DNA of 31,121 nucleotides from Clostridiales bacterium. GTDB lineage: Bacteria; Bacillota; Clostridia; Oscillospirales; CAG-272. The DNA lies in assembly GCA_018370615.1 (NCBI GenBank), contig JAGZAC010000001.1:1-31121 (forward strand), given 5' to 3'. A model generated the notes under the pieces. The model searched no databases, had not been told where the DNA came from, and saw only the letters and a program-made list of their open reading frames with translations. Both the position numbers and the translations under genes were made by a program. Position 1 is the stretch's first letter. Every line of letters starts with the position of its first letter. Below, piece by piece: positions 1 to 7,778 of this stretch.

Positions 1-90
1 ACATCTCCCCACAAGGGGGCCTTTTCTTTTCGTGTAAGCCTCCCCTGTGTAAGGGGAGGTGGCTCGCCATAGGCGAGACGGAGGGGTTGT
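1..90. repeat. Intergenic repeat cluster 1: partial Y-type unit at 1-21 and full X-type unit at 37-90
   Basis: AGCCTCCCC-TGTGTAA-GGGGAGG-TGG-CTCGCC-ATA-GGCGAG-AC-GGAGGGG-TTGT, same architecture as units at 19625 and 30671. The cluster is cut by the window edge. Confidence 0.9.
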
Positions 91-98
91 AATACAAT

Positions 99-134
99 AA
101 AAAAGTCCTCATGAAGCTACAGCTTCATGAGGAC
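99..134 (-). terminator. Intrinsic terminator of the T-box leader
   Basis: Inverted repeat GTCCTCATGAAGCT-AC-AGCTTCATGAGGAC (105-134), followed on the minus strand by a U-tract (A-run 99-104), just 3' of the T-box motif. Confidence 0.9.
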
Positions 135-376
135 GAATGAACCGCGGTACCACCTCAATTGCCCAAATGGGCCCCTCAAAAGCACGGCGCCGTTTCCAAC
201 GCGATGCCCCGGCTTTGATAACGGACGCCGGCCCGTCGCCGCCTACTCAAGCAATATGCGCTTTTTTGGAGCGAAACTCACGGGATGTAATTCGCCTGTG
301 CCATCCTGCCGCCTTTCACCATCCGGCGGCTCTCTGAGAGGAACACGGCCCAAGGTACTTGTTCCCGGTCAATGCC
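99..376 (-). ncRNA. T-box riboswitch leader, probable Tyr (UAC) specifier; regulated gene lies left of the window
   Basis: Minus strand shows Stem I (GACCGGGAACAAGUA...CAGAGAGCC...GGUGAAA...GAAUUACAUCCCG), a CCGUUA element, the T-box AAUUGAGGUGGUACCGCG (160-143) and a terminator. UAC at 289-287 precedes an A and the UCCCG strand that pairs with CGGGA. Confidence 0.93.
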
Positions 377-395
377 TTTCTTTATATACAAGGGA

Positions 396-424
396 ATATT
401 ATCACAAATTGAAAGATTTGTCAA
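396..424 (-). promoter_or_regulatory. Sigma-A type promoter for the T-box leader
   Basis: TTGACA (424-419), 17 nt, TAATAT (401-396) with an extended TG, just upstream of Stem I. Confidence 0.75.
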
Positions 425-461
425 TAGACAGCGAAAAAATTAATTTATTTCTCTTATGTAT

Positions 462-629
462 TTAATCTATTTTTGTAATAACAGGTTTTCCGTTTTCGTC
501 CAGCAGGGGCGTGAGTCCGCCGGCATTGGCACATTTTCGGAATATATAATTGACGCCTGTTTCTCTGTCTACAAAGATTTCGGTTGTATCAATCATCCCC
601 TGGTCGTAAATAGTAACAAACCGGTCCAT
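462..629 (-). CDS. Small 55-aa protein, DUF6440-like (not in the supplied ORF track)
   Basis: Hand translation MDRFVTIYDQGMIDTTEIFVDRETGVNYIFRKCANAGGLTPLLDENGKPVITKID. Strong RBS AGGAGG upstream. The VDxETGVNY...GGLTPLLDxxGKP pattern is recognised as DUF6440-type. Confidence 0.85.
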   Translation of the reverse strand: MDRFVTIYDQGMIDTTEIFVDRETGVNYIFRKCANAGGLTPLLDENGKPVITKID

Positions 630-651
630 AAACTTGTCCTCCTAATTTATA

Positions 652-1764
652 TTATTTCATCGTCTGCCTTTGTGTCTCATATTTTCGAATCAGCTCTTCA
701 ATTTTTGCGTGGGGATCCAGCAGGGTAGATACAGAGCTTCCCGTGTGCACTGAATAAATGTAGAAGGAAATATATTTTAGCAGATTGACTTCCCGGTACC
801 ACGGAGCTTGTATGACCGCCTCGCTTCGGTAGGACGCGTTGGTCACAAACACCGCCTCCAGAATCCCGTCCTTGTATGCTGCGTCAAATTTTTCCGTTCC
901 GCCGGTGAAGAAGCCGAAAGTGACGCCTACAAATATACGTTTTGCGCCGAACTGCTTAATTTTGAGGGCGGAATCCAGCATGGACTCTCCCGAGGCGATG
1001 ATGTCATCTATAATCAGCACATCCTTGCCCGCTACGTCCGGACCGATATATTTGTGCAGCTCCACCGGATTTTTTCCATCCTGCACCTTTTGCACGTTTC
1101 TTCTTTTATAAAACATGCCCAGGTCGATGCCCAGCTCGTTGGCATAGGCAAAATTCCGGTTGATTCCCCCGAAGTCTGGGCTGACCACTACCATGTGATC
1201 CTCGTCAAAAATCAAATCGTCATAGCTGCGGCACAGCGCCTTGATGGTCTGGTAGGTGGGCATTAAATTGTCAAATCCCATAAAGGGCGTTGCGTTTTGT
1301 ACCCGACTGTCGTGGAGGTCAAAGGACATCACATTGGAAACGCCGATGGTCTCCAGATGCTGCAGAGCTACGGCGCAGTCCAGGGATTCTCTGGCCACTC
1401 TCCGGTCCTGACGTGCGCTGTAAAGCAGCGGTGCAATCACATTGATTCGGTCGGCTTTGCCGCCGATAGCGGAAATGGTTCGCACCAGGTTCTGAAAATG
1501 GTCATCCGGGGACAGAGAGTTCTCATGCCCAAAAATATTGTATTTTACACTGTAGTTGCCCACATCTACGAAAATATATGCATCTTTTCCGCGAATGGAG
1601 TTTTGCAGTACTGCCTTGCCGTCCCCTGTGGCAAACCGAGGCAGCTCCACAGTAAAAATTTCACAGGGATAGTCCTTGCAGATGGTCTGCAGATAAGCCT
1701 GAACTCCCTGTGCCATCCATTCCATTCCTTGCAGCGGAACCAGTGCGATTGCCGATGGTGCCAT
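652..1764 (-). CDS. prs: Ribose-phosphate pyrophosphokinase (PRPP synthetase)
   Basis: RFATGDGK, LYSARQDRR, DLHDSRVQ, VVSPDFGG, KRR and PRT motif VLIIDDIIASGES. RBS AGGAGG. Confidence 0.93.
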   Translation of the reverse strand: MAPSAIALVPLQGMEWMAQGVQAYLQTICKDYPCEIFTVELPRFATGDGKAVLQNSIRGKDAYIFVDVGNYSVKYNIFGHENSLSPDDHFQNLVRTISAIGGKADRINVIAPLLYSARQDRRVARESLDCAVALQHLETIGVSNVMSFDLHDSRVQNATPFMGFDNLMPTYQTIKALCRSYDDLIFDEDHMVVVSPDFGGINRNFAYANELGIDLGMFYKRRNVQKVQDGKNPVELHKYIGPDVAGKDVLIIDDIIASGESMLDSALKIKQFGAKRIFVGVTFGFFTGGTEKFDAAYKDGILEAVFVTNASYRSEAVIQAPWYREVNLLKYISFYIYSVHTGSSVSTLLDPHAKIEELIRKYETQRQTMK

Positions 1765-1799
1765 TTGTACCTCCTTGTATTTCCGGCTCTGCAGCCGTT

Positions 1800-2741
1800 T
1801 TATCCTTGTTCTAACAGTTCCAGAATCCGCATGAAATGTTCCGGCGGATTACATTGGAAGGTCACCCGCTGTTCTGTTCTTGGATGAACAAAAGACAGCT
1901 CGCCTGCGTGCAGGCACTGTCCGTGAAACAACGCGGGATGTTTTTTTTCAAAAGGGGTGGGACTGCCGCCGTATACGGGGTCCCCCAGTACTGGATGGCC
2001 GATGTACGCCATATGCACCCGAATCTGATGGGTGCGTCCGGTCTCCAGCTGCAGGCGGCACAGAGTGTGCCCGGTAAGCGCGCGCACCGGCGTATAGTGG
2101 GTGACGGCGCGGCGGCCGCCTTCTCGCAGTACTGCCATTTTTTTGCGGTCGGTGCGGTGCCTGCCGATGGGGGCGTCTACCGTGCCGCCCTCGTCTATCC
2201 TGCCTCGGAGAATCGCGCTGTACACCCGGTACATGGAGTGATCCTCCAACTGTGCGGCCAGGGAGAGATGGGCGGCATTGTTCTTCGCCGCTACAATCAG
2301 ACCGCTGGTATCCCGATCAATCCGGTGGACAATGCCTGGGCGGATTACCCCGTTGATGTCCGACAAGCTGTCCCCCGCATGGTACAGCAGGGCGGAAACC
2401 AGCGTTCCGCCAGCGTGCCCCGGCGCCGGATGGACCACCATTCCCTGGGGCTTATTTACTACGATAATGTCGTCGTCCTCATAGATAATATCGAGAGGGA
2501 TATTTTCCGGCAGCACTTCGCAGTCCTGTACCGGAGGGAGACATACGGTGAAGGTATCTCCCCCCTCTACCCGCAGGCTTTTGGATATGGGGTTTCCCTC
2601 TTTGATCACCGCTCCTGCATCCAGCAGCTGCTGGACGGCGCTGCGGGACATTTCCAGTGCGGTAGACAGAACTATGTCCACTCGTTTTCCGGCGTCCTCT
2701 GCTGCCACGGTGACTGTCTGCTTGGTACCGTACTCGTTCAT
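1800..2741 (-). CDS. rluD: RluA/RluD-family pseudouridine synthase
   Basis: N-terminal S4-like domain, NKPQGMVVHP, HRIDRDTSGL, LETGRTHQIRVH. Start moved to ATG 2741, which overlaps the lspA stop (ATGA). Confidence 0.92.
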   Translation of the reverse strand: MNEYGTKQTVTVAAEDAGKRVDIVLSTALEMSRSAVQQLLDAGAVIKEGNPISKSLRVEGGDTFTVCLPPVQDCEVLPENIPLDIIYEDDDIIVVNKPQGMVVHPAPGHAGGTLVSALLYHAGDSLSDINGVIRPGIVHRIDRDTSGLIVAAKNNAAHLSLAAQLEDHSMYRVYSAILRGRIDEGGTVDAPIGRHRTDRKKMAVLREGGRRAVTHYTPVRALTGHTLCRLQLETGRTHQIRVHMAYIGHPVLGDPVYGGSPTPFEKKHPALFHGQCLHAGELSFVHPRTEQRVTFQCNPPEHFMRILELLEQG

Positions 2742-3241
2742 GTGTCCGCTCCACTGTCTGCGTCGGCAGCCGACTTTTTTTGTTTCTGTTCCCGGATTTC
2801 CGAGAGGATTAGATGCAGAATCAGCAGCCCACACCCCACGCACACAAAAGTATCTGCCACGTTAAAAATATAACTCCAAAACGGGATAAACTGCAGGTCG
2901 ATAAAGTCTACCACAGCTCCCCGGAAGATTCGGTCGATCATGTTGCCGATGCCGCCCCCCAGAATCATCCCCAGAGACAGGCGCACCAGAATGCTCCGGG
3001 GCTTTTCTTTCCATAGGTAAATCAGGATGGCGATGATGGCGATGGCGGACAGGACCATGAAAACCCAGCGGTGCTCAGATAGTATGCCGAATGCCGCACC
3101 TTCGTTTTCCGTGTATGTAAGATGAAAAACGCCTCTGATGGCTTCCACAGAGGCGCCTTCACTGATATTCTGTACAACGAGCAGCTTTGTAATTTGATCG
3201 AGAAAGATAACTGCTGCTGCGATCACAAGACACAAAATCAT
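2738..3241 (-). CDS. lspA: Lipoprotein signal peptidase II
   Basis: DQITK, NEGAAFG, GGIGNMIDR, VVDFID and FNVAD motifs, with hydrophobic helices. Confidence 0.96.
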   Translation of the reverse strand: MILCLVIAAAVIFLDQITKLLVVQNISEGASVEAIRGVFHLTYTENEGAAFGILSEHRWVFMVLSAIAIIAILIYLWKEKPRSILVRLSLGMILGGGIGNMIDRIFRGAVVDFIDLQFIPFWSYIFNVADTFVCVGCGLLILHLILSEIREQKQKKSAADADSGADT

Positions 3242-3274
3242 ATTTGGAACGATACCTTTCTGGATATATGCAAA

Positions 3275-4081
3275 TTACTTCTTGTCTTCATCGTCATTTA
3301 CAAAATCACTCAGGTATTTGTAATAATCTGTCTCCTCTGGAGATACGGCGACAGATTCCGTATCAAAGGGATAAACTGTTTCCACATCCGCTTCTCCTTC
3401 ATCGGATGTGAAAAAATCGTCCTCTTCTTCCGGCACATTTGGTTGATCCTTCTGTGGAGAAACAGCTGCTTCTTCCGGTTCCGGTGTTTCTTCCTCTACT
3501 GGAACTTCCTCTACCTTCGGGAAAATCCCGTCCTCGGGATATTCTGTAAATACAGGGACGTCTGCCTCCGGCTCCCCTGCCTCTTCAAAAGTATTTACCG
3601 CATTGGAAATGCCGCTGTAGTCCGGTTCATATGTGAGAGATTGCGCGGCGTCGGTGATGGATTCAATCATTTCAATGTGGCTGCCGTACAGCTGAAACAG
3701 CTGGTCCTTGAAGGTAGATACCTGTGATTTCATTACGTCCAGGACTTGCATACGGTTTGCCACTTCCCCATCCAGCTCTGCTACAATTTTCCCGCACTCC
3801 GCTCTGGCCTCGTCCAAAAGGTTTGCAGCTCTCTGCTTTGCGTCCAGAATCATGGAAGCTGCTGCTTTTTTCGAGTCGGCGATATTCTGCCGCAGCTCGT
3901 CTTCCGCTTTAGAAAAGCTTTCGATCAGGTCCTCTGCCAGGTGGATGCGCTTTTCCAGCTCCACAATCCGGCCCTGGAGAAACTGATTTTTTTCGCTTAA
4001 ATTTTCGATGTATACGTCTACCGCTTCCGGATCGTACCCCTTTTTTACCATGGGAAATTTCTGTACGGAATCTGCACTCAT
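3275..4081 (-). CDS. DivIVA-domain coiled-coil protein with an acidic disordered tail
   Basis: N-terminal KFPMVKKGYDPEAVDVYI (DivIVA motif), a coiled coil, and the usual position after ylmH. Confidence 0.8.
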   Translation of the reverse strand: MSADSVQKFPMVKKGYDPEAVDVYIENLSEKNQFLQGRIVELEKRIHLAEDLIESFSKAEDELRQNIADSKKAAASMILDAKQRAANLLDEARAECGKIVAELDGEVANRMQVLDVMKSQVSTFKDQLFQLYGSHIEMIESITDAAQSLTYEPDYSGISNAVNTFEEAGEPEADVPVFTEYPEDGIFPKVEEVPVEEETPEPEEAAVSPQKDQPNVPEEEDDFFTSDEGEADVETVYPFDTESVAVSPEETDYYKYLSDFVNDDEDKK

Positions 4082-4102
4082 AACGCCACGCCCTTTCTTA
4101 GC

Positions 4103-5074
4103 TCATTGATACTTTCTTGCTGCAAGGTGGATCCTGCCACGTCCGGTAGGCCGCCCAATTTCGTCAACTTGGAATTTTCCGTATCCCCGTACGGAGAGAA
4201 TGTCTCCAGGCTCTATCTGCGCATCCGTTTCTGTGATGGGATCGTAATTGATTTCTACCATCCCACGCTGAATCAGACTGGCGGCCTCTTCTCTGGACAC
4301 GTTGCAAAGTGCACGCACAACACCGTCAGCCCTGGGAGACGCCACTGTTCCCTGAACCGGAATGTATTGCTGTCGGGGGACAAATCCCGCCGGCAGGCGG
4401 CAGGGTGCGGCATGCACTGTATCCCGTCCTGCTTTTTTCAGCTCATTTATAAGATATGCGGCAGCCTTTGCCTGGCAGAACACCACTGCGTGAAAGTCGT
4501 CCCATATGACAATGTCGCCCAAAACCTCTCGTTTTATACCCAAGGACAGGAGAGACCCCATCCAGTCCCGGTGAGAAAGGGTGCGAAACCCGCTTCCCTC
4601 CAGAAGCAGGGGGGAAATGAATTCGGAAAGCAGGCCGGAAGCTTCTGCCGCTTCCAGCTTCTCCGGCAGGGTATCATAGAAATCGGAAGAAGATTCTGCC
4701 TCTCTTTCCTCCAGTCCGGCCATTGACAATAGCTGCAGAAAATACGCTTCCCGCTCCTGGGAGAAAAACTGATTTGGAGAAGAGGATGGACCCTCGGAGG
4801 AAAAGGACAAAACCCATGTCGGCAGATATATGGCCATACGCCGTGTGGCACCCCTGCAGCCGCCCCAAAAATACATTTGATCTGCCCGCCGCTGAGTCAG
4901 GGCGCTTTCAAACAAAAGCCGCTGCTCTCTGGGGGACAAAAAAGAGGATGCGACTGCAGAATGTTCTGCCCGGGCGGACAGTTCTGCACCGCGGGCAATC
5001 AGCAGCCGCTCTTCTTCATTTATGCGGGCACCGCCGGGGAAGGGATTTTGTTTTGTCATATCTGCCATTTCCAT
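4103..5074 (-). CDS. ylmH: YlmH/Sll1252-family S4-domain RNA-binding protein
   Basis: FLSPREQ, LSHRDWMGSLLSLGIKREVLGDI, VASPRADGVV and C-terminal S4 domain GDILSVRGYGKF. Confidence 0.9.
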   Translation of the reverse strand: MEMADMTKQNPFPGGARINEEERLLIARGAELSARAEHSAVASSFLSPREQRLLFESALTQRRADQMYFWGGCRGATRRMAIYLPTWVLSFSSEGPSSSPNQFFSQEREAYFLQLLSMAGLEEREAESSSDFYDTLPEKLEAAEASGLLSEFISPLLLEGSGFRTLSHRDWMGSLLSLGIKREVLGDIVIWDDFHAVVFCQAKAAAYLINELKKAGRDTVHAAPCRLPAGFVPRQQYIPVQGTVASPRADGVVRALCNVSREEAASLIQRGMVEINYDPITETDAQIEPGDILSVRGYGKFQVDEIGRPTGRGRIHLAARKYQ

Positions 5075-5143
5075 TTACAGAACAAGTGCCGCCTTACGTG
5101 CGGGAAAGTCCAGCGCGAAAGACGGCAGCCGCTTTATATCCAA

Positions 5144-5692
5144 TTAATATTCGCCAAACTCGTCGGAGGAATTTTCTTCCGATGCATTTTGAGACTGCGC
5201 GCCTCTTTTTGTAAGCTTTGCGTCTCCCACGTCTACGTTATTGGGGGTAATCACATATGCGTTGGTTGCAATTTTCTTCAGGGATCCGTCGATAGAATAT
5301 GCCACCCCGGACAAAAAGTCGATGAGTCGACGCGCCGTTTCCTTGTTGGTACTCTCCAGATTCAAAACGACCGTTCTTCTGGAAAGCAGGTGATCGGCAA
5401 TTTGTGCAACGCTGTCGAAGGATTCCGGTTTTACCACCTTCATTTCCAGCGCGCTGCCGGCTGTACCGGAAAGACTGATGCCGCCGCCCATACCGATTCC
5501 GCCCAGGCCTGTGCCTGCTCCTGTGCTGACATTTGCTCCGGCATTCATGTTGCCGGCGGCAGCTGTGTCCATTTCCTCCGGTTCTTCATAGGAGCCGAAG
5601 CTTTCAGAATAATATCCGTCGTCATTGTACGCGTCATCGTAAGCGTCTTCTGCGCCGCCCATTCTTTTTTTAATATTATCAACGATACCCAT
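5144..5692 (-). CDS. sepF: Cell division protein SepF
   Basis: PESFDSVAQIADHL...VVLNLE...RRLIDFLSGVAYSIDG...ITPNNV. Start moved to ATG 5692, which follows GGAGG. Confidence 0.95.
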   Translation of the reverse strand: MGIVDNIKKRMGGAEDAYDDAYNDDGYYSESFGSYEEPEEMDTAAAGNMNAGANVSTGAGTGLGGIGMGGGISLSGTAGSALEMKVVKPESFDSVAQIADHLLSRRTVVLNLESTNKETARRLIDFLSGVAYSIDGSLKKIATNAYVITPNNVDVGDAKLTKRGAQSQNASEENSSDEFGEY

Positions 5693-5735
5693 TCGTTCAA
5701 CCTCCGGTTTGATTTCGTTTCTATATTTTCGTGTT

Positions 5736-6452
5736 TTACAGGTAAACCCGCGGTCCGAAAATCGCACTTCCGATACGGACCATGGTTGCGCCCGCCTCTA
5801 TGGCGGCTTCGAAACTGTCGCTCATCCCCATGGATAATACAGACTCTATTCTATTATGCGATTTTTTTCGCAAAATGTCAAGGTAAATTTCATATGTTTT
5901 ACAAAAATATTTCAAATATTCGTCCTTTTTTCTGCAAATCGGCGCCATGGTCATCAGTCCCCGCAGGCGAATGCCGGGGATTTCCTCCAGTGCATCTGTA
6001 AAGGCTTGCGTCTCTTCCGGGAGGATTCCAGTTTTGTTTTCCTCACGGCCGATGTTGATTTCTGCCAGAACATCCGTCACCACGCCGGCGGCCTGGCTGC
6101 GCTTCCCGATTTCCTGGGCCAGATGCAGAGAATCCACTGACTGAATCATGTCCACTTTCCCTACAATCTGCCGTACCTTGTTGGTCTGCAGATGCCCCAG
6201 AATGTGGAGAGGCACCTGGCCTTTCAAAAGGTCATATTTTGAAAGGAACTCCTGCACCTTGTTCTCCCCCACGGCAGCCAGTCCCAGTTCGTGAATGGCA
6301 AAGAGAATCTCTTCCGGATCCACCGTTTTGGTGGCAGCCAGCAGCGTTACTTCTCCTGTGATGGATTTGTCGCGCCGCAGCTTTGCCTCTTCGATTTTTT
6401 CCGTGATCCGCTTAAAGTTTTCCGTAATAATATGTTTTCTTTCCTGTGTCAT
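5736..6452 (-). CDS. yggS: YggS/YlmE pyridoxal-phosphate homeostasis protein
   Basis: LLAATKT, GENKVQE, HILGHLQTNKV, SVDS, GLMTM, SMGMSDSF...GATMVRIGSAIFG. Start at ATG 6452, after AAAGG. Confidence 0.95.
   Translation of the reverse strand: MTQERKHIITENFKRITEKIEEAKLRRDKSITGEVTLLAATKTVDPEEILFAIHELGLAAVGENKVQEFLSKYDLLKGQVPLHILGHLQTNKVRQIVGKVDMIQSVDSLHLAQEIGKRSQAAGVVTDVLAEINIGREENKTGILPEETQAFTDALEEIPGIRLRGLMTMAPICRKKDEYLKYFCKTYEIYLDILRKKSHNRIESVLSMGMSDSFEAAIEAGATMVRIGSAIFGPRVYL
5853..5881 (-). promoter_or_regulatory. Internal sigma-A promoter inside yggS, upstream of sepF
   Basis: TTGACA (5881-5876), 17 nt, CATAAT (5858-5853), inside a locally AT-rich stretch of the gene. Confidence 0.65.
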
Positions 6453-6480
6453 ATATATGCAGCCTTTCTTAAAATTCCGC

Positions 6481-7761
6481 TCAGCCGCTGAGCACTTTTC
6501 CGTCATACAGCGCTTTGCCTTCCGTAATCAGATTTTCGTGCTGGGCAAGCCACTGATACCCCTCCGGCGGGTCCGCTTCCGGATTGGTTTCTGCGATGTA
6601 ATATCCATCGGTGACAATGAGTGTGGATATGGGACGAAATGCCACAGTGGAGCCGTCCAGCACATATACGCCGGTGACCCCATCTACCACACGCACCGCA
6701 GATACCGGAATCTGAAATCCAGTGTATTCCGCCGTGAGAAGCTGTACGGTCTGGGTACGGGAAAAATCAAATCCGCTGGGCATTTCTCTGGTAGACAGGA
6801 TCATGGCAAACCGTTCGCCGCCGTCTAGGATGCTGTAGATTTCCATATCCAGCCGATATTCTCCCCCGGCGCTGAAATAAACGGTACAGCTGTCAGCGTT
6901 TTCGTAGGTTTCCAAATACTCCCGCTCCAGGGTACACACCAGAAACCACTGACTGTCAGTGACGATTTTTCCTGCCGCCTGGGTTTCCGATGCCGGCTGA
7001 GCACTCAGCTTTTCCATCAGGGCAGTGTAGGAAAGCTCGTCGTCCAAGAGAAACTCCGTTGTAAAAACGGACTCGTATCCGTCACAGGATGCATAGTAAT
7101 ATCCGCTGACGGGAGTGGTGACCGTTTCCAGCCAGGATCCAAGTCCCGATACAAGAGAGGCACGTTCCGCCTGGAGTGCGGCAATTTCACTGGTGAAATC
7201 TACGTCCGCCCCCGAGAGGATCAGTCGCTTGTTTACCGATTCCAAAAAGGCGGCCCGCTGCATGCTGGTATCTGATGTGCGGCCGCTGTCGCCGGCGGCG
7301 CGGATTTGAGAGAGAATGGCGGAAATTTCTTCGTCAATGGTTTGGGAATCCTTCAAGCTTTGGGTGTCTCCGGCGGAGCATTCCTGCAAGAGAGCGATTT
7401 GCTGGTCAATTTCCGCCACCTTTGCCCGCACATCCACGCTGCTGCCTGTGTACAGTCGGGCGGCTTCCGCCCCTTTTGCAAGCCGAATGCCGTCGCCCAC
7501 CATGGGAAACAGCGTGTTGTCCGCAGCAGATGCGCTCCCCGACAGCAGCAGCGTCTGCTCGCTGCGGAAAATATATCCTCCGGCCTCTATGGTATTTTCC
7601 ACTGTGGTTTCCGCAACCGGCTGAATTTCTACTTCTCGTGTGAAGGTTCTCCACAAGTGAAAGCCCAGGTAAAATACGAGGCAGAGAGACAGAAGCGCTC
7701 CCAAAACATATAAACCTACCCGTTTTAAATATTCGGTATCTATAGAGAACCCCCCTTTCAT
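6481..7761 (-). CDS. HlyD/membrane-fusion-like protein with one N-terminal TM helix; start uncertain
   Basis: N-terminal TM helix, barrel-sandwich-like segments (DGIRLAKG, VTTPVSGYY) around a coiled coil, and a C-terminal IPVSAV...GVYV beta domain. Confidence 0.7.
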   Translation of the reverse strand: MKGGFSIDTEYLKRVGLYVLGALLSLCLVFYLGFHLWRTFTREVEIQPVAETTVENTIEAGGYIFRSEQTLLLSGSASAADNTLFPMVGDGIRLAKGAEAARLYTGSSVDVRAKVAEIDQQIALLQECSAGDTQSLKDSQTIDEEISAILSQIRAAGDSGRTSDTSMQRAAFLESVNKRLILSGADVDFTSEIAALQAERASLVSGLGSWLETVTTPVSGYYYASCDGYESVFTTEFLLDDELSYTALMEKLSAQPASETQAAGKIVTDSQWFLVCTLEREYLETYENADSCTVYFSAGGEYRLDMEIYSILDGGERFAMILSTREMPSGFDFSRTQTVQLLTAEYTGFQIPVSAVRVVDGVTGVYVLDGSTVAFRPISTLIVTDGYYIAETNPEADPPEGYQWLAQHENLITEGKALYDGKVLSG

Positions 7762-7778
7762 AGGATATTTGCCGTGTC

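Noticed and set aside
37..90. G-quadruplex as the main explanation of the G-rich units
   Set aside because: Each unit has only two long G-tracts, one complementary to an adjacent C-tract. The mirror covariation of A positions fits a triplex better, though G4 is not excluded experimentally.
127..728. Plus-strand ORFs 127-465, 137-337 and 456-728
   Set aside because: Antisense to the T-box leader and to the better supported DUF6440-like ORF.
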